From: the human T2T-CHM13v2.0 reference genome, Homo sapiens | Assembly: GCF_009914755.1 (NCBI RefSeq) | Contig: NC_060936.1 | Direction: 5' to 3' (one strand) | DNA: 64,000 bases | Shown: piece by piece, positions 37,791 to 57,160 of the stretch | Numbering within the stretch: the first letter of the stretch is position 1 | Layout of the letters: the number at the start of each line of letters is the position of its first letter | Position numbers and translations under genes: made by a program | The notes under the pieces: generated by a model | The model's input: only the letters and a program-made list of their open reading frames with translations | Database searches by the model: none | What the model was told of the DNA's origin: nothing

Positions 37791-38460
37791 TTAAACTGAA
37801 ATGATTTAGTAGCTATACTGATTGGTTTGACTTGGTTTAATAAAAATGATCTGTGCAAGCTGGTTCCATGCCCATAGCATCAGCTGGGGTTCCATGGCAA
37901 CAAAAATAATTACTCATCTGCAAACAGTCTTTGTAACAGCTAAGGGTTTGATTAGCATCTTAAAATTACTTTGTGATTCAAGGAATTTTATTTCCCACTT
38001 AAAGAACAAAACAATGATGATTTTTTTCTGGAATTGGTCATGTTTTAAAAGAACAAGAGGAGACAGATTATGGGTATGTTCTTCTATAAACTGTGTTTAG
38101 ATTTTAGAACTGTGCATCCATTCTCAGCTAATCAGATGACAGCTCACTCTGCAGGACTCACATGCTGGTCTGATCGTTTACGTGTTCTTGGTCACCCTTT
38201 TTCTGTTTCTGCCTGTGAATCTTACCTCTTTCAAGCCCCTGTACTCCGACTCCCTCTCAGCAGATGACTGGAGACAGAAAATAAGAGTCCATCATCTTAT
38301 TTAAATAGATTAAAGGAAACACAAAGACCGCAATGGAAAAATTGCAAAAGATGGAAAGAAAGAGAAGAAATAGAAATAATAAATAAATAAATGTAGTGGT
38401 TTGAGTCAGAAGGTTCGATCTCATTAGTTACCAATAAAATGTACATTGGAAGGACAATAA

Positions 38461-38721
<261 letters not shown>

Positions 38722-39617
38722 TGATCTGCCCGCGTCGGCCTTCCAAAATGCTGTTACTACAGGCGTGAGCCACCGCACCCGGCCCAAATTGGCAAAGAGT
38801 TTTAAAAGTAATAGCATTCAGCATTGATAAAGGCATGGGAAAGCTGGAGCTCTTTTCCACTCCAACTGATACATAAACTAGTTCACAGCCTTCAAAACAT
38901 TCACACTCTTGGACCTAGTACTAACTCTACTTGGAGTGAGTTAGTTATACAAGGTTAAACTCCAATAATAGGAGAATGATTACAACGACTTCTTTGTAAT
39001 TATTTTAAAATTTCTTTTAAGCGCTTAACCACAAGCTAGCCACACATCTGAGGTCCTTACATGTATTTTGTCATTTAATCCTCATCAGAACTCTGTGAAG
39101 CAAATACTGTATTTCCTTTTTATGGAGGAGGAAACTGAGGTACAGAAAAAATGGAGGGACAGTGGCTCTAATGCCAGAGGCAGGCTCTGAACCAGTATGC
39201 TTAACTGCCTAGTTTCAGAAGAGGCTTAAGGCAGCAGGCGGAGCTGTATAAAATACAAGATAATCTCAAGTATTCTGTAGGAGAGAGAAAAACAATGGCA
39301 AAGACAGACATAAAACAGAGCCAGGAATGAGGCCAAAAATATATATCATTTGACCTATACACTTGCTAAGAGGACCACAAATTTGGCTAGAAGCTTTCTA
39401 GCAGCCTGTGGATAAAAGGAAATCTGATCAGTCATACAATTTACAGTATCCATAAGATAAAAGCAGGCCAATTACTCAGAAGAAGCCAACGATTCTAGGT
39501 AGTAAGACCAGACATAGATTTATTCTGCAGAACACAAAATGTTCTTGTAAAAAGAGACACCGTGTGAGCTAATGGATAATGAGCTCAACAGCATCCTTGT
39601 TTAGACAAGGTGACCAC

Positions 39618-39975
39618 TGATATGGTTTGGCTGTGTCCCCACCCAAATCTCATATTGAATTGTAGTTTCCATAATCCCCACGTGTCATGGGAGGGACCCG
39701 GTGGGAGGTAACTGAATCAAGGGGGCAGTTACCTCCATGCTGTTCTCGCGATAGTGAGTTCTCATGAGATTTGATAGTTTTATAAGAGGCTTTCGGCTTT
39801 CTCCCTTTTGCTCTGCACTTATCCTTGCTGCCACCATGTGAAGAAGGACATATATTGTAAGTTTCCTGAGGCCTCCCCAGCCATGCTGAACTGTGAGTCA
39901 GTTAAACCCCTTTCCTTGATAAATTACCCAATCTCAGGTATGTCTTTATTAGCAGTGTGAGCACAGACGAATACA
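39618..39975 (+). mobile_element. THE1 (B/C) MaLR solo LTR
   Basis: TGATATGGTTTGGCTGTGTCCCCACCCAAATCTC ... AATACA. 5-bp TSD accac/atcac. Confidence 0.9.
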
Positions 39976-42224
39976 ATCACTTCCACTGGGTTGAGTCTTC
40001 TAGCTTTTCTCTTAGGGCTTATGGCCCAACATCAAAACATGGTAACAAGCAACAAGGATGTGGCTCAGGCACCCAGGTCCCTACTGCTTGGGGGATCGTA
40101 GGGTACCTGAGAGTGAGTGGACTGATAGCCTTTGATAGATGCTGTGAGAAATGAGAGACTGAGATTGTGCTTTTCAACAAATATGTAGAATTCATCTTTT
40201 CTATTTTGTAAGCCCCCCCACCTTTTTTTTTTGAGACAGGATGTTGCTCTCAGGCTGGAGTGTGGTGATGTTATCTTGGCTCACTGTAGCCTCCATCTTG
40301 CCAGGCTTAGGTGGTCCTCCTACCTCAGCCTCCTGGATAGCTGAGACTACAGGCATGTTCCATCACACCTGGCTAATTTTGTATTTTTTGTGGAGATGGG
40401 GTTTTGCCATGTTGCCTCAGCTGGTCTCGAACTCCTGGGCTCAAGCCATCTGCCTGCCTTGGCCTCCCAAAGTACTGCGTGTGAGCCACTGTGCCCAGCC
40501 TATTTTGTCAGTCTTTTATGCATTAAAGACCATTATACTAGAGACAGGAAAGGTGAAAAATATTGTAATATGAAATGATCAATTATATAGGTGTTAAACA
40601 TGATGTTTAGGATGTCTTTTGGTAATATGAAAATGTTCTCAAACTATAGTATTAAATAAAGCAGGATACAAAACTGTATGTAATATGTAATCTCAACAAT
40701 GTTTAACATATATATGGAGCTGCAGTGAGCTGAGATCGTGCCACTGCACTCCAGCCTGGGCGACAGCAAGACTGTCTCAAAAAAAATTTATATATATGGA
40801 GCAAGGTCTGAATCTTTAGTTTTTCTTGCTATAGAAATTTTTTTTCTTTTATTTACTGAATAGAAAGATGAAAGACAATTTCTGGATGGGTTGGAATATC
40901 TTAGAAAGAGGCATCAGTTTTCAGGTACTAATTGCTTGGGTTCTAGGTATGACCGACCATCAAACCAAGGGGAAAGAAGAAGAAAACAGTTTTGATTTGA
41001 TTTGATTAGGAAGCAGGCATGTATATGATGAGGCATAAAGACCATGTGGGGGAAAAAACTGGGGAGAAACGTAGCAATGTGAAGGATTTCCAGAGGGGCC
41101 TTTAGAAACCTAAAAAGCTAATCTCTGAAGTTGTCCATGAGAGAGAGAGCCCAGAGCTAGGAGATTTCTGTCCCCAGGAGAGGTTTGGGAGCTGACTCCT
41201 CATTCCCTGTCAGACAGGCCTTCACCTGAATGGCAACCTGCCCATTACCACCACCCCAGGGTCTACCCCAATCTCTTCTCACAGAGATATGGAGAGGGCC
41301 TTGCTCCTTCCTGAACTTGCATTAAACTGACAATTGCCTCACCACAAGACTCTGTTGGGTTCATCATTCATTACCCTGTATGAGCATCCTCTGTAACCAT
41401 GCCCTAGGACATCAGTATGACAAAATAGGGCCGGTAAGGGGAAGCTCTTTATATTTAAGGGGAAGAGGCTAAACTAACAAGCTTGAGATTATTTTAATAG
41501 CATGCACACACACACACACACACATATACACAAAATACTGCAAGAACTACACCTTCTTCAAGAATCTCACCTTACCCTTTTCCCTACTGCTCCTTAAATA
41601 TGGGTATTGCCTCAAATTCCTTCTCAGTCCTTTCTTTTCATTCTAGATTCTCTCCTTGGGCTATTTCAACTTCCATACAAATTCCGATATGCATTAAATC
41701 TCAAATCTCCGTTATGAGTCTCCTTAAATTACAGTCTAAGGACATCCAGAACAGAGTTTCCACACCAAAGGCACATCTAGTTTCTCATCCACAAGCTTTT
41801 TATCTTTGTCTTTGTGTTTGTTTTTTATTCCGGAACTTCTTGACAAATATTATTCCATCATCAGAAGGAAGGTCCTGGGAAAAAGAAAGACATGAGCACT
41901 TGTGCTAGGTATTTTACAGGCATATCTTCATTTAATCCTTATAACCTCTCTATGAAGTAGGCATAATTGTTCCTTATTAGCAAATGAGGAAACCAAGACT
42001 TTGAGCAGATAATTTGTATAAGATCAAATAGCTTGGAAGAGTAGGATGACTAAGTTTTAAAGTCAGGTCTGTCTATTCTTCTAAGAAAAGAAGACTGATG
42101 CTTTCCTGTTAGGGAACCAACTTCTTATTCCCAGGCTGTGGAATACTGTGCTAACCAGGAAATAGCCAATTCTTCCTTCAGGGCATGTTATGAGATACAT
42201 GAATTGTTTTCTAAGTCACAATAG

Positions 42225-42663
<439 letters not shown>

Positions 42664-43019
42664 TGAGCTCAGCTCACTGCAACCTCCACCTCCTGGGTTC
42701 AAGCGATTCTCCTGCCTCAGCTCCCGAGTAGCTGGGATTACAGATGTGCACCAGCAGGCCCAGCTAATTTTTGTATTTTTAGTAGAGACGGGGTTTCACC
42801 ATGTTGGCCAGGCTAGTCTCAAACTGCTGACCTCAAGTGATCTGCCCATTTTGGCCTCCCAAAGTGCTGGGATTACAGGCGTGAGCCACTGTGCCCAGCC
42901 ACAATAGCCTTTTTACCTAAGTTTTACTTTAGAATCCTGAGTAAAAGCTGTGACCTTCTAGCTTCATCTACTCTCTGACATTCCCTGAAACCTCAGCCTG
43001 TGTGGCAAGTTCTATTACA

Positions 43020-45657
<2,638 letters not shown>

Positions 45658-46625
45658 TGTGGGGAAAAGCAAGAGAGATCAGATTGTTACTGTGTCTGTG
45701 TAGAAAGAAGTAGACATAGGAGACTCCATTTTGTTATGTACTAAGAAAAATTCTTCTGCCTTGAGATTCTGTTAATCTATGACCTTACCCCCAACCCCGT
45801 GCTCTCTGAAACATGTGCTGTGTCAACTCAGAGTTGAATGGATTAAGGGCGGTGCAAGATGTGCTTTGTTAAACAGATGCTTGAGGGCAGCATGCTCCTT
45901 AAGAGTCATCACCACTCCCTAATCTCAAGTACCCAGGGACACAAAAACTGCGGAAGGCCGCAGGGACCTCTGCCTAGGAAAGCCAGGTATTGTCCAAGGT
46001 TTCTCCCCATGTGACAGTCTGAAATATGGCCTCGTGGGAAGGGAAAGACCTGACCGTCCCCCAGCCCGACACCCGTAAAGGGTCTGTGCTGAGGAGGATT
46101 AGTAAAAGAGGAAGGAATGCCTCTTGCAGTTGAGACAAGAGGAAGGCATCTGTCTCCTGCCTGTCCCTGGGCAATGGAATGTCTCGGTATAAAACCCGAT
46201 TGTATGCTCCATCTACTGAGATAGGGAAAAACCGCCTTAGGGCTGGAGGTGGGACCTGCGGGCAGCAATACTGCTTTGTAAAGCATTGAGATGTTTATGT
46301 GTATGCATATCTAAAAGCAGAGCACTTAATCCTTTACATTGTCTATGATGCAAAGACCTTTGTTCACGTGTTTGTCTGCTGACCCTCTCCCCACAATTGT
46401 CTTGTGACCCTGACACATCCCCCTCTTTGAGAAACACCCACAGATGATCAATAAATACTAAGGGAACTCAGAGGCTGGCGGGATCCTCCATATGCTGAAC
46501 GCTGGTTCCCCGGGTCCCCTTATTTCTTTCTCTATACTTTGTCTCTGTGTCTTTTTCTTTTCCAAATCTCTCGTCCCACCTTACGAGAAACACCCACAGG
46601 TGTGTAGGGGCAACCCACCCCTACA
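45658..46625 (+). mobile_element. HERV-K(HML-2) LTR5_Hs solo LTR, full length (968 bp)
   Basis: Starts TGTGGGGAAAAGCAAGAGAGATCAGATTGTTAC, ends CAACCCACCCCTACA. Perfect 6-bp TSD GGGTAC (45652-45657 / 46626-46631). TATAAAA at 46188, ATGCAAAG at 46348, AATAAA at 46450. Confidence 0.97.
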
Positions 46626-46782
46626 GGGTACAGGTGATTAAAGTGGACAAGGGCAGCCACTGAGAGAGCTGGTATCCAAGCAGCTTGGAGATGAAGTCCT
46701 GGCCCCAGAAGGCACTGGTGTGGAAGCCACACATCTCCCTTGAAAGTGCATCTGGAGGTCTCAGTATGTGAAGTGCTCTTGA

Positions 46783-47212
<430 letters not shown>

Positions 47213-47229
47213 TAAATTTCTATTCATGC

Positions 47230-49200
<1,971 letters not shown>

Positions 49201-50126
49201 CTGATTATCTTTTTTTCTTCTTTCTACCTAAATTTTATCCTTGTTTTTCTTTTAAAACTTTTAAAAAGCACATATAAAATGCTTATGTGTGTGATACTAT
49301 TCTATTCACAACAATCTCATAATTAGATTATATTATTATCTCCTTTTTAGATATGACACAACTGAGAAACACACAGCTAGTAAGTGGCAAAGTTGGATAT
49401 GACCCAAGTAGACTAGCTTGTGCTTTTTTTTTTTGCTTTTTTTCTTTTCTTTTTTTTGAGACGGAGTCTCACTCTGTCACTTGGGCTAGAGTGCAGTGGC
49501 GGATCTCTGCTCACTCCAACCTCCAACTCCCGAATTCAAGTGATTCTCCTGCCTCAGCCTCCCGAGTAGCTGGGATTACAGGCGCCCACCACCACACCCA
49601 GCTAATTTTTGTATTTTTAGTAGAGATGGGGTTTCACCATGTTGGTTGGGCTGGTCTCGAACTCCTGACCTCAGATGATCCGCCCACCTCGGCCTCCCAA
49701 AGTACTGGGACTACAGGTGTAAGCCACCGAGCCTGGCCTTTTTTTCTTTTCTTTTGGTGAGTCTTGCTTTGTCACCAGGCTAGAGCACAGTGGCACAATC
49801 AGTACATTGCAGCCTTAATCTCTTGGGTTCAAGCCATCATACTGCCTCAGCCTCCTAAGTATTGGGGACCACAGGCATGTATTACCATGCCCAGCTAGTA
49901 TTTTTTAATTTTTTGTAGCCATGAGGTCTCGCTATGTTGCCCAGGCTGGTCTTGAACTGCTGGCCTCAAGTGACCCTTCTGCCTCAGCCTCCCAAAGTGC
50001 TAGGATTACCAGTATGAGCCACCACACCCAGCCTAGGAATGCTTTAAGAAATTATTTTCTATGTACCTGTCATTGATATATATGCAATACATATGGCATA
50101 TACGAAAAAAGAGGGAAATGTAACTA

Positions 50127-50291
<165 letters not shown>

Positions 50292-50322
50292 TTAAAAAAT
50301 TAGCTGAGTGTGGTGGTATTCA

Positions 50323-50421
<99 letters not shown>

Positions 50422-51545
50422 CTAAGTGATGGAGACCCTGTCTCAGAAAAAAAGAGAAAAAAAACAAGAAAATAAGTTTATCTTCTTTACGTTAAATACC
50501 AACATTTAAGGATCAAAGTTCAACTAAGCAACATCTTAAAGTGTCAGAGTGTGCAAGACATGCCTGAAATCAGACAAAAGTGACAAGTGACAAAAGTGTA
50601 TCAATCAGAAAAACGGGGCAGGATAGAGCATAGGGGCTGGACCACAATGGAAATTTAGCAAAAAGGAAAGTCACAGAGGCAAACTCTGTTCTTAGTTTGA
50701 TCCAAAGGAGAGGGAGGCACAGGCAATCTAGTGCGAGTCTTATGATCCCTTTGGAAGGCCTATGCTTACAGTTTGTAGAGTGAGGAACAGCCAGAGGCTT
50801 CCTGGGAAGGCAGGTTAGCTACCTGCAATTGCAGGTTCCATCTCTTTTCAGCAGTTCATCATCATTCATCAACGTGTCAGAGGTCAGATGCCACGGGAGC
50901 ACACAGGAGGGGCTTCCCACCTGGAGTGCGAGATAAGGAAAGATGGGTCGGATGTTGTAGTCATTATCATCCGCTTCTCTACAAGGCTGGAATTTATGGT
51001 GGCTGCACATTTGGAATGTTTTCTCCTTTTATTTATTTATTTTTAGATCAGACAATCACAAGAGAATATTCTTTTGTTTTATTTTTAGATCAGACAATCA
51101 CATGAGAATATTCTGTTGTGATCGCTGGCGTTTAGAAGGAAACTTGTCTGGTTTGTGAAGCAATGGAAAACACATCCAGACAGCCTGCTAGTGGAAACTT
51201 TGGAAGGGCACTGTCATATGCTTTTTCTCCCACGCCATCAACAAGTGTCCTTTTTTTTTTTTTTTTTTGAGATGGAGTCTCTGTTGCCTAGGCTGGAGTA
51301 TAGTGGTGCCATCTGTACCCTCCACCTCCTGGATTCAAGCAATTCTCCTGCCTCAGCCTCCCAAGTAGCTGGGATCACAGGCGTGCACCACCATACCTGG
51401 CTAATTTTTGTATTTTTAGTAGAGATGGGATTTCACCATGTGGGCCAGGCTAGTCTTGAACTCCGGACCTCAAATGATCCATCCACTTCTGCCTCCCAAA
51501 GTGCTGGGATTATAGGCGTGAGCCACTGTGCCCGGTCAACAATCA

Positions 51546-51581
<36 letters not shown>

Positions 51582-53124
51582 AGGTACACAATGATGGGAG
51601 AGTTGAGTCCTGCTTTCTAACTTAGAAAACGCATGTGTGTTCATCACCTGGTCACTGAGAAACAGCTCTGGAATAGGTGCCATGCAGAAGAAGAGAGGGA
51701 ACTGGAAAGACCCACTGATCTGTGGGTCTCACAGCCTCCCGTTACACAGAAATTGCTTCTTTTCTCTCATGTTGCGTTCTTCCTCTTGATTCTCGACCCT
51801 TCTCCACTCTTTCATTTACTCCACTCTTACTTTGCTTTCACCTCCTTTTGTAACCGTTCATCATCACTCTTCATATGGATTAATGTGATTATCTTAAAAG
51901 CATGTAATATGTAGTTGCTGGGTTTGTATGAGTAATGAGTGAACCTGAAGCCAACATAATGATCCCGTTTAGTGCTCCCGAGTTAAGATTCCAGAGTTGC
52001 CTGACTTTGGACAAATCACATCTCCCTTTGCCTTTCACCCCCTGTAAACTGAGGATAATGGCTCTTACCTCAAAGCATTGTTAGGATTGGAGAGAACGCA
52101 TGTTACATACTTAGAAGAATGCTTGGTATGGGTCTCAAGAACTCTTAGCTCTTATTGTTTAAAAAATGCTTATTACAGGGCATCGTTGGTATCTTATATA
52201 GGGAATTTCAAGCAGTTTTCCTTTATTGAAGACACAGAGTAAGGTGCTTTGATGGAAACTATTGGGGCAAGATATACAGTACCTAGCTAGAGGTTTCCTG
52301 GGTGCATGTATTGTGGAGATATTTTTTTTCTGAGTGGATAGCGCTCTTGTGATACGCTGGGTGAGGGCGAGCAATATTTAGCGGACTGTCCTGTGAGGAT
52401 AGTAAGGTTATCTGGTGAGAGTGTTAGGTGGCCCAGGCCAGACTTGGGAGAGGCAGGGAGAGAGGGGGACGACGGAGGAGGGCGCCTTGGGGTGCGTCTT
52501 GAAAGCTTTGGGAAACCCAGCGGTCTTTTGGGGGCAGGTGGCCCAAAAAGCCTTCTGCGCGCCCAGGGGACGAGGAGGATGCGCGGGCCGCGACCGCGAT
52601 AGTTTTGTTTGCTTTTCTCGGGAGAAAGCGTTCCAGGCAGTTTCCTGAGCTTCGGCCCTCGACGTAGCAAAAGAGCCCGGGCGCCCACGCCGCTCTCGGG
52701 GTCTTCTACTGCCACCGGGACAAAGCCCTGGGAGGAGCTCCCGCCCCCGCGAGCCGGACAGGGCGGAGGCTCCCCCGCCGCGCGCGCCCCACCGCTTCCC
52801 AGTCCCGGACCCGTCGCCTGCGCCTCCTCCTGGCGCGCCTCACGGTGCAGCGGGCGGCGGCCCCGCGCGCCCGGCGGGAGGCGCCTCGGGATGTTTCCGT
52901 CTGGTCCTTCCCTCCGCCCCCCGCGCTGACTCCATCCGCTCCCCGCCCCCTGCTCGGAGCCGCCGCCACGCGGGAAGGGAGGGAGCCGGCCCCGAGACTG
53001 CATCATTCCGCACCGGCTGCTGCAGGGCCAGAGGGAGCAGGTGGAGCGAGAGAGCGAGAGAGCGAGCCGCGAGCCGGAGCGCGCCAGACCCAGGGCGAGA
53101 CTGCAGTGACGCGGCCCGGGAGAC

Positions 53125-53327
53125 ATGGCGGACGGGCGTCTCTGAATAAGCAGAATCCGGAGCCCCTCGCTACCCGCGGCCGCCGCAGCCCGGGCCATGC
53201 CGCACGGCTGCTGACCGCACGCAGGGGCCGGCCCCGAGGACACATGCGGCGGCCTTTGCCGCCTCGCCCCTGACCCTCTGCCCTGTTCTCCATGTTGCAT
53301 TTCTCGTCAGTTTCTCGGGCGGTGTAG
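53125..53327 (+). promoter_or_regulatory. Four short upstream ORFs in the BICD1 leader
   Basis: ATG..stop at 53125-53145 (MADGRL*, gacATGG), 53197-53214 (MPHGC*, gccATGc), 53244-53273 (MRRPLPPRP*) and 53292-53327 ([11 protein letters not shown]). Relevance depends on the TSS lying upstream of them. Confidence 0.6.
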
Positions 53328-53494
53328 CTGCCGCTGCCACCAGAGCCGGCGGGGCATCGCGCTGCTCATTCATCCGGCCGCACTTTCTTTTCCGTTTCCA
53401 CCCATCCCTTCCCATTTCCTTCTCCCTTTCCCCGCCAGCTTCGCATCCATCTCCCCCACCCCGTAACCCCCTCCTGCCTCCATCCACCGGGGCT

Positions 53495-53707
53495 ATGGCC
53501 GCAGAAGAGGTATTGCAGACGGTGGACCATTATAAGACTGAGATAGAGAGGCTAACCAAGGAGCTCACGGAGACCACCCACGAGAAGATCCAGGCTGCCG
53601 AGTACGGGCTGGTGGTGCTGGAGGAGAAGCTGACCCTCAAACAGCAGTATGATGAACTGGAGGCTGAGTACGACAGCCTCAAACAGGAGCTGGAGCAGCT
53701 CAAAGAG
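53495..53707 (+). CDS. BICD1: BICD1 (bicaudal D homolog 1, dynein cargo adaptor) coding exon 1, 71 codons
   Basis: Translates [71 protein letters not shown], the BICD1 N-terminal coiled coil. Strong Kozak gctATGG. Canonical phase-0 donor GAG|GTGAGT at 53707/53708. Lies in a CpG island. Confidence 0.97.
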
Positions 53708-56700
53708 GTGAGTTGCCTGTCACCTCTCCCTTTCCTGGCCCTCACTCCCCCCACCCGCAAGGCCCACTCATCATGATCAAGAAGTCATAAAGGAGGTGAT
53801 TGAAAGGACTGTTTTTTCTTCTAGGGCCCTTTGTTGGTAAGAGAAGATTGAAAGAGTCCATTGTTTCCTCCCCCAAGAGAAAAATTGCCTAAGAAATGAA
53901 TATATAAGCTGGAATTTGGGAGGCAATGGCTGTTTGGCCTGCGGGGGAGGGAGATTAGTAAGAGTCATCAAGTCTCAGCACTCTAAGACGACATTCAAGT
54001 GGGTTGGAATGTATAAATCAAACTTCTCAAAACCGCTGTTATCTCAAACCCAGGTTTCAGCGACAATTTCGTAGTCCACAAAAGTGATGAGGTTTGTGCC
54101 TGAGGACCCACAATTTCAGGATTTAGACTGTGTGGCACCTCAGCTTTCCTCTGGATGTAACCACTCCTTGGTGAGAGAGGGAACTCCTCACCAATCCCAT
54201 TTGACAAAGGCTAGGCAATCTTCATTCTGCTTGGCTTTAGTCATTCTTGTCATTGGGCTGCAGAAGAAAAACAACTTTGCTGGGTGATCCCACTGCCTTG
54301 ATTTCACCTCGGAGCGAGGCTGGGCCATGTCCAAGTCTTATGAGGTCACCCTGACTAGAAAAAATTGAACTCACCTACAAATAGTCTGAAAGAGTGGTGT
54401 ATATCAAATACGTGGGTAGTGTTGCATTTCAAATGAGGCTCTTCTGGTTGAAATGATATATTTATAAGACCAGAATATCACAAATGGGTGATGTATAATG
54501 TCTCTTTAGTTTTTTGGTATTTGGCCTCTTTTAAAGCCTGTCGGATGTATGGGAGAAAACAATGAACGTGCTTTGATTTCCTATCAGTCACTCTTAAGAA
54601 CATACATATTGTTTAAGTAACTCGGTCTTTTTTATCTGATTCTTGAGACACTATGGGTAGCAAGTAACCACTTACAAATTTAAATGTAATATACACTCCT
54701 TTTCTGTGTGTCAAGTCCTTATTTTTAGGTGCATATTGACATTTAAATGTTAATTATTGTTTGGCATATAATATCAAAAATCTATTATTTATTTTATGCT
54801 GTTACAGTTAAAAGATGTGATTTATGACATACTGAATCAACTTGCCTTCCAATTTAGTGTGTAATATGGTAAGCATTTATACTTTTAGATATGTCTTATT
54901 TTTATTTGGATGCCTGTCTACCAAAAAATAAATGTACTACCTATGATTAAAAATCCCAACTAGGAATCTAATTTTTGTGTGTCAGGCTGTAAATTTCTGG
55001 TTCCTATTTTACTTACCATGTACCTGTCTGGTCTTAACAACAGCTGGACTTGTTTATATTTTCCAACTTAGATTAGGCTGACATGTTTAAATGCAGTGAT
55101 GCTAAACCTTGTGAAGTGAGGAAGCAGGATGATGACTGTCATTCTCAGAGATGTTTTGATATTGTCTATACCTATCAACACTGCTTTGCCAAGATAGGGA
55201 AGTGCAAACCAGAAAGTGGTAAGCCATCACCTTCTTGATAAAGGAGATGGACTTAATTTAATGAAATGTACCTCTTACTGACTTTGCTGCTTGATTTAAA
55301 CAATCCTTCTAGGGATATTTCTGTCATTGCACTTACCTTGCATAGCAAACCTTAATGCAATTGTGTTTTGCCTTTGCTACACCATGAGCTTTGCATCCCA
55401 AGTCTTTAACACAAAAGCTAGCACACAGTGGGCATGAAATATTTTATGAAAGAATCAGTTTGTACTAGAAGAAGGCACACTTTTATCAAGGGTTCACTAG
55501 TCAATATTGATTAGTGTTAGATAAATACTAAGAAAATTAGGATGTATAGGAAGTGACAGATGTTAATAAAACTACCTGTATTAGTTTCACCAGCAGTAAT
55601 GAGAAAAATGTGAAAAAAACGTTTTGTAGGAATAATGTAACTGTGGTTTCTTAATACAGAATAATGCAAATACCAACTAAAATTTTTTCTATAAATATTT
55701 TAATATATATTTTGTTCTATATAGCAGGAGGTTAATAAAAATTTACCAGCATTATTTTTACTAAACGATTCTTGTTCATATATTTATTTTCAGTTGCATT
55801 TAGCATAAGTGAAATTCGAGATTCCTAAAAAACTGGTTTATACAGTTATATAAAAATGTATTTTAGGTAATAAAATTATTATAGTTGATTATTTGATAGT
55901 GAGGCCTATTATTTTTATTCTTTAAACATAGAATATACTTTAGTTGGAAATATAACTTAAATGAGTTAAATTGATTTCAAGTAACATTTCTTGTATGAAA
56001 AGTAAATCCAAAATAATTGTGCAAACTGAGGTGTTCCAACACCTCAGTTTTGAAAAATATTTTGTGAGTGTTTTGATTTTTCAAAAGAAAGTTTTGCTCA
56101 TCAGGTATGTATAGTAAATGATGTTGCATTATATCTATAAAGCCAAGCATAAAATAAATCTTTGCTTATTTCTAGGATTTTTGAACAAATATGATTTATT
56201 TAAAAATAATTGAACCAGTTTATGGGAATGTCAACAGAAAACTACTGTATTAAGTCCAAATTGGACATTAGTAATTTGCAGTATAGCAACATGGCTCAGT
56301 CTTTGCAGATCATTTTGTTTTCCAGAGTCAGTACCCACCAATGTTGCTACCTTCCTTCCCAGGCTAGGTACTGCTGTGACAATAATGCAAGTCGGCAGTG
56401 TTGCCTAAAGATGTGCAAAATCAAGAAGATGAAATTCATTAAATTTTTTTCCTAGTTATTTCTTCCCTCAACTCAATTGTTTTTTGACCTGGCCTGATGT
56501 TGTTTAGTGCTCTGCATGGACTACTGTAATTCAGCTCACAGAAGAACACACTTGAAAGAATAGTACTAAGGATTTGAAAAAAGGATGACTTCTGACATCA
56601 TCAAAGTGTTCTCCTTTTCATGATTCTTTGGGCAGCTGGACAGAGCAGTATGTCCACTAGAATACTTGAGTCTGGTTTTGTGATTTCACAAGTAACACTT

Positions 56701-56911
56701 GCTCTTCAGTGACCTGAGTGAGGGTCACCCATGCCCAGTTATGTTCAGGGCCTGGCTGATTATATGTTTGGGATGTACGTAAATCAGCACTGTGCGCCTG
56801 TCACCCAGGCCAGAATAGTGTTTGAAGAAGAGTCATAGCTCCAAAATAACCTGAAAACTAAAAATATACATATATAAAAATACCTTGGATCTAAACTTAA
56901 GAGTTTTTTTT

Positions 56912-57160
56912 ACACCGCATGTTCTCACTCATAGATGGGAATTGAACAATGAGAACACATGGACACAGGAAGGGGAACATCACACTCTGGGGACTGTTGT
57001 GGGGTGGGGGGAGGGGGGATGGATAGCATTAGGAGATATACCTAATGCTAAATGACGAGTTAATGGGTGCAGCACACCAGCATGGCACATGTATACATAT
57101 GTAACTAATCTGCACATTGTGCACATGTACCCTAAAACTTAAAGTATAATAATAAAAAAA
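56912..57160 (+). mobile_element. 5'-truncated young L1 3' end (L1PA2/L1PA3-like) in BICD1 intron 1
   Basis: L1 3' UTR with G-rich tract and ctaatgctaaatgacgagttaatggg (GAG, non-Ta). AATAAA at 57151 plus A tail. TSD aagagtttttttt at 56899 and 57161. Confidence 0.92.

Larger units (their letters stand above)
52450..53720 (+). promoter_or_regulatory. BICD1: CpG-island promoter and 5' leader of BICD1
   Basis: Very GC- and CpG-rich, repeat-free. GC boxes CCCGCCCC ~52740, GGGCGGAG 52761, CTCCGCCCC ~52912. Inr-like TCATTCC at 53003-53009. No TATA box seen. The exact TSS is inferred. Confidence 0.9.

Noticed and set aside
52287-53300. 337-aa minus-strand ORF and other ORFs over the promoter
   Set aside because: Low-complexity G/P/R/A-rich translation typical of stop-poor CpG islands, with no recognisable domain. 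An antisense RNA is possible but cannot be shown from sequence alone.
53708-53776. C-terminal 22 aa of the 93-aa ORF 53495-53776
   Set aside because: Read-through past the strong GTGAGT donor into intron 1; not part of normal BICD1.
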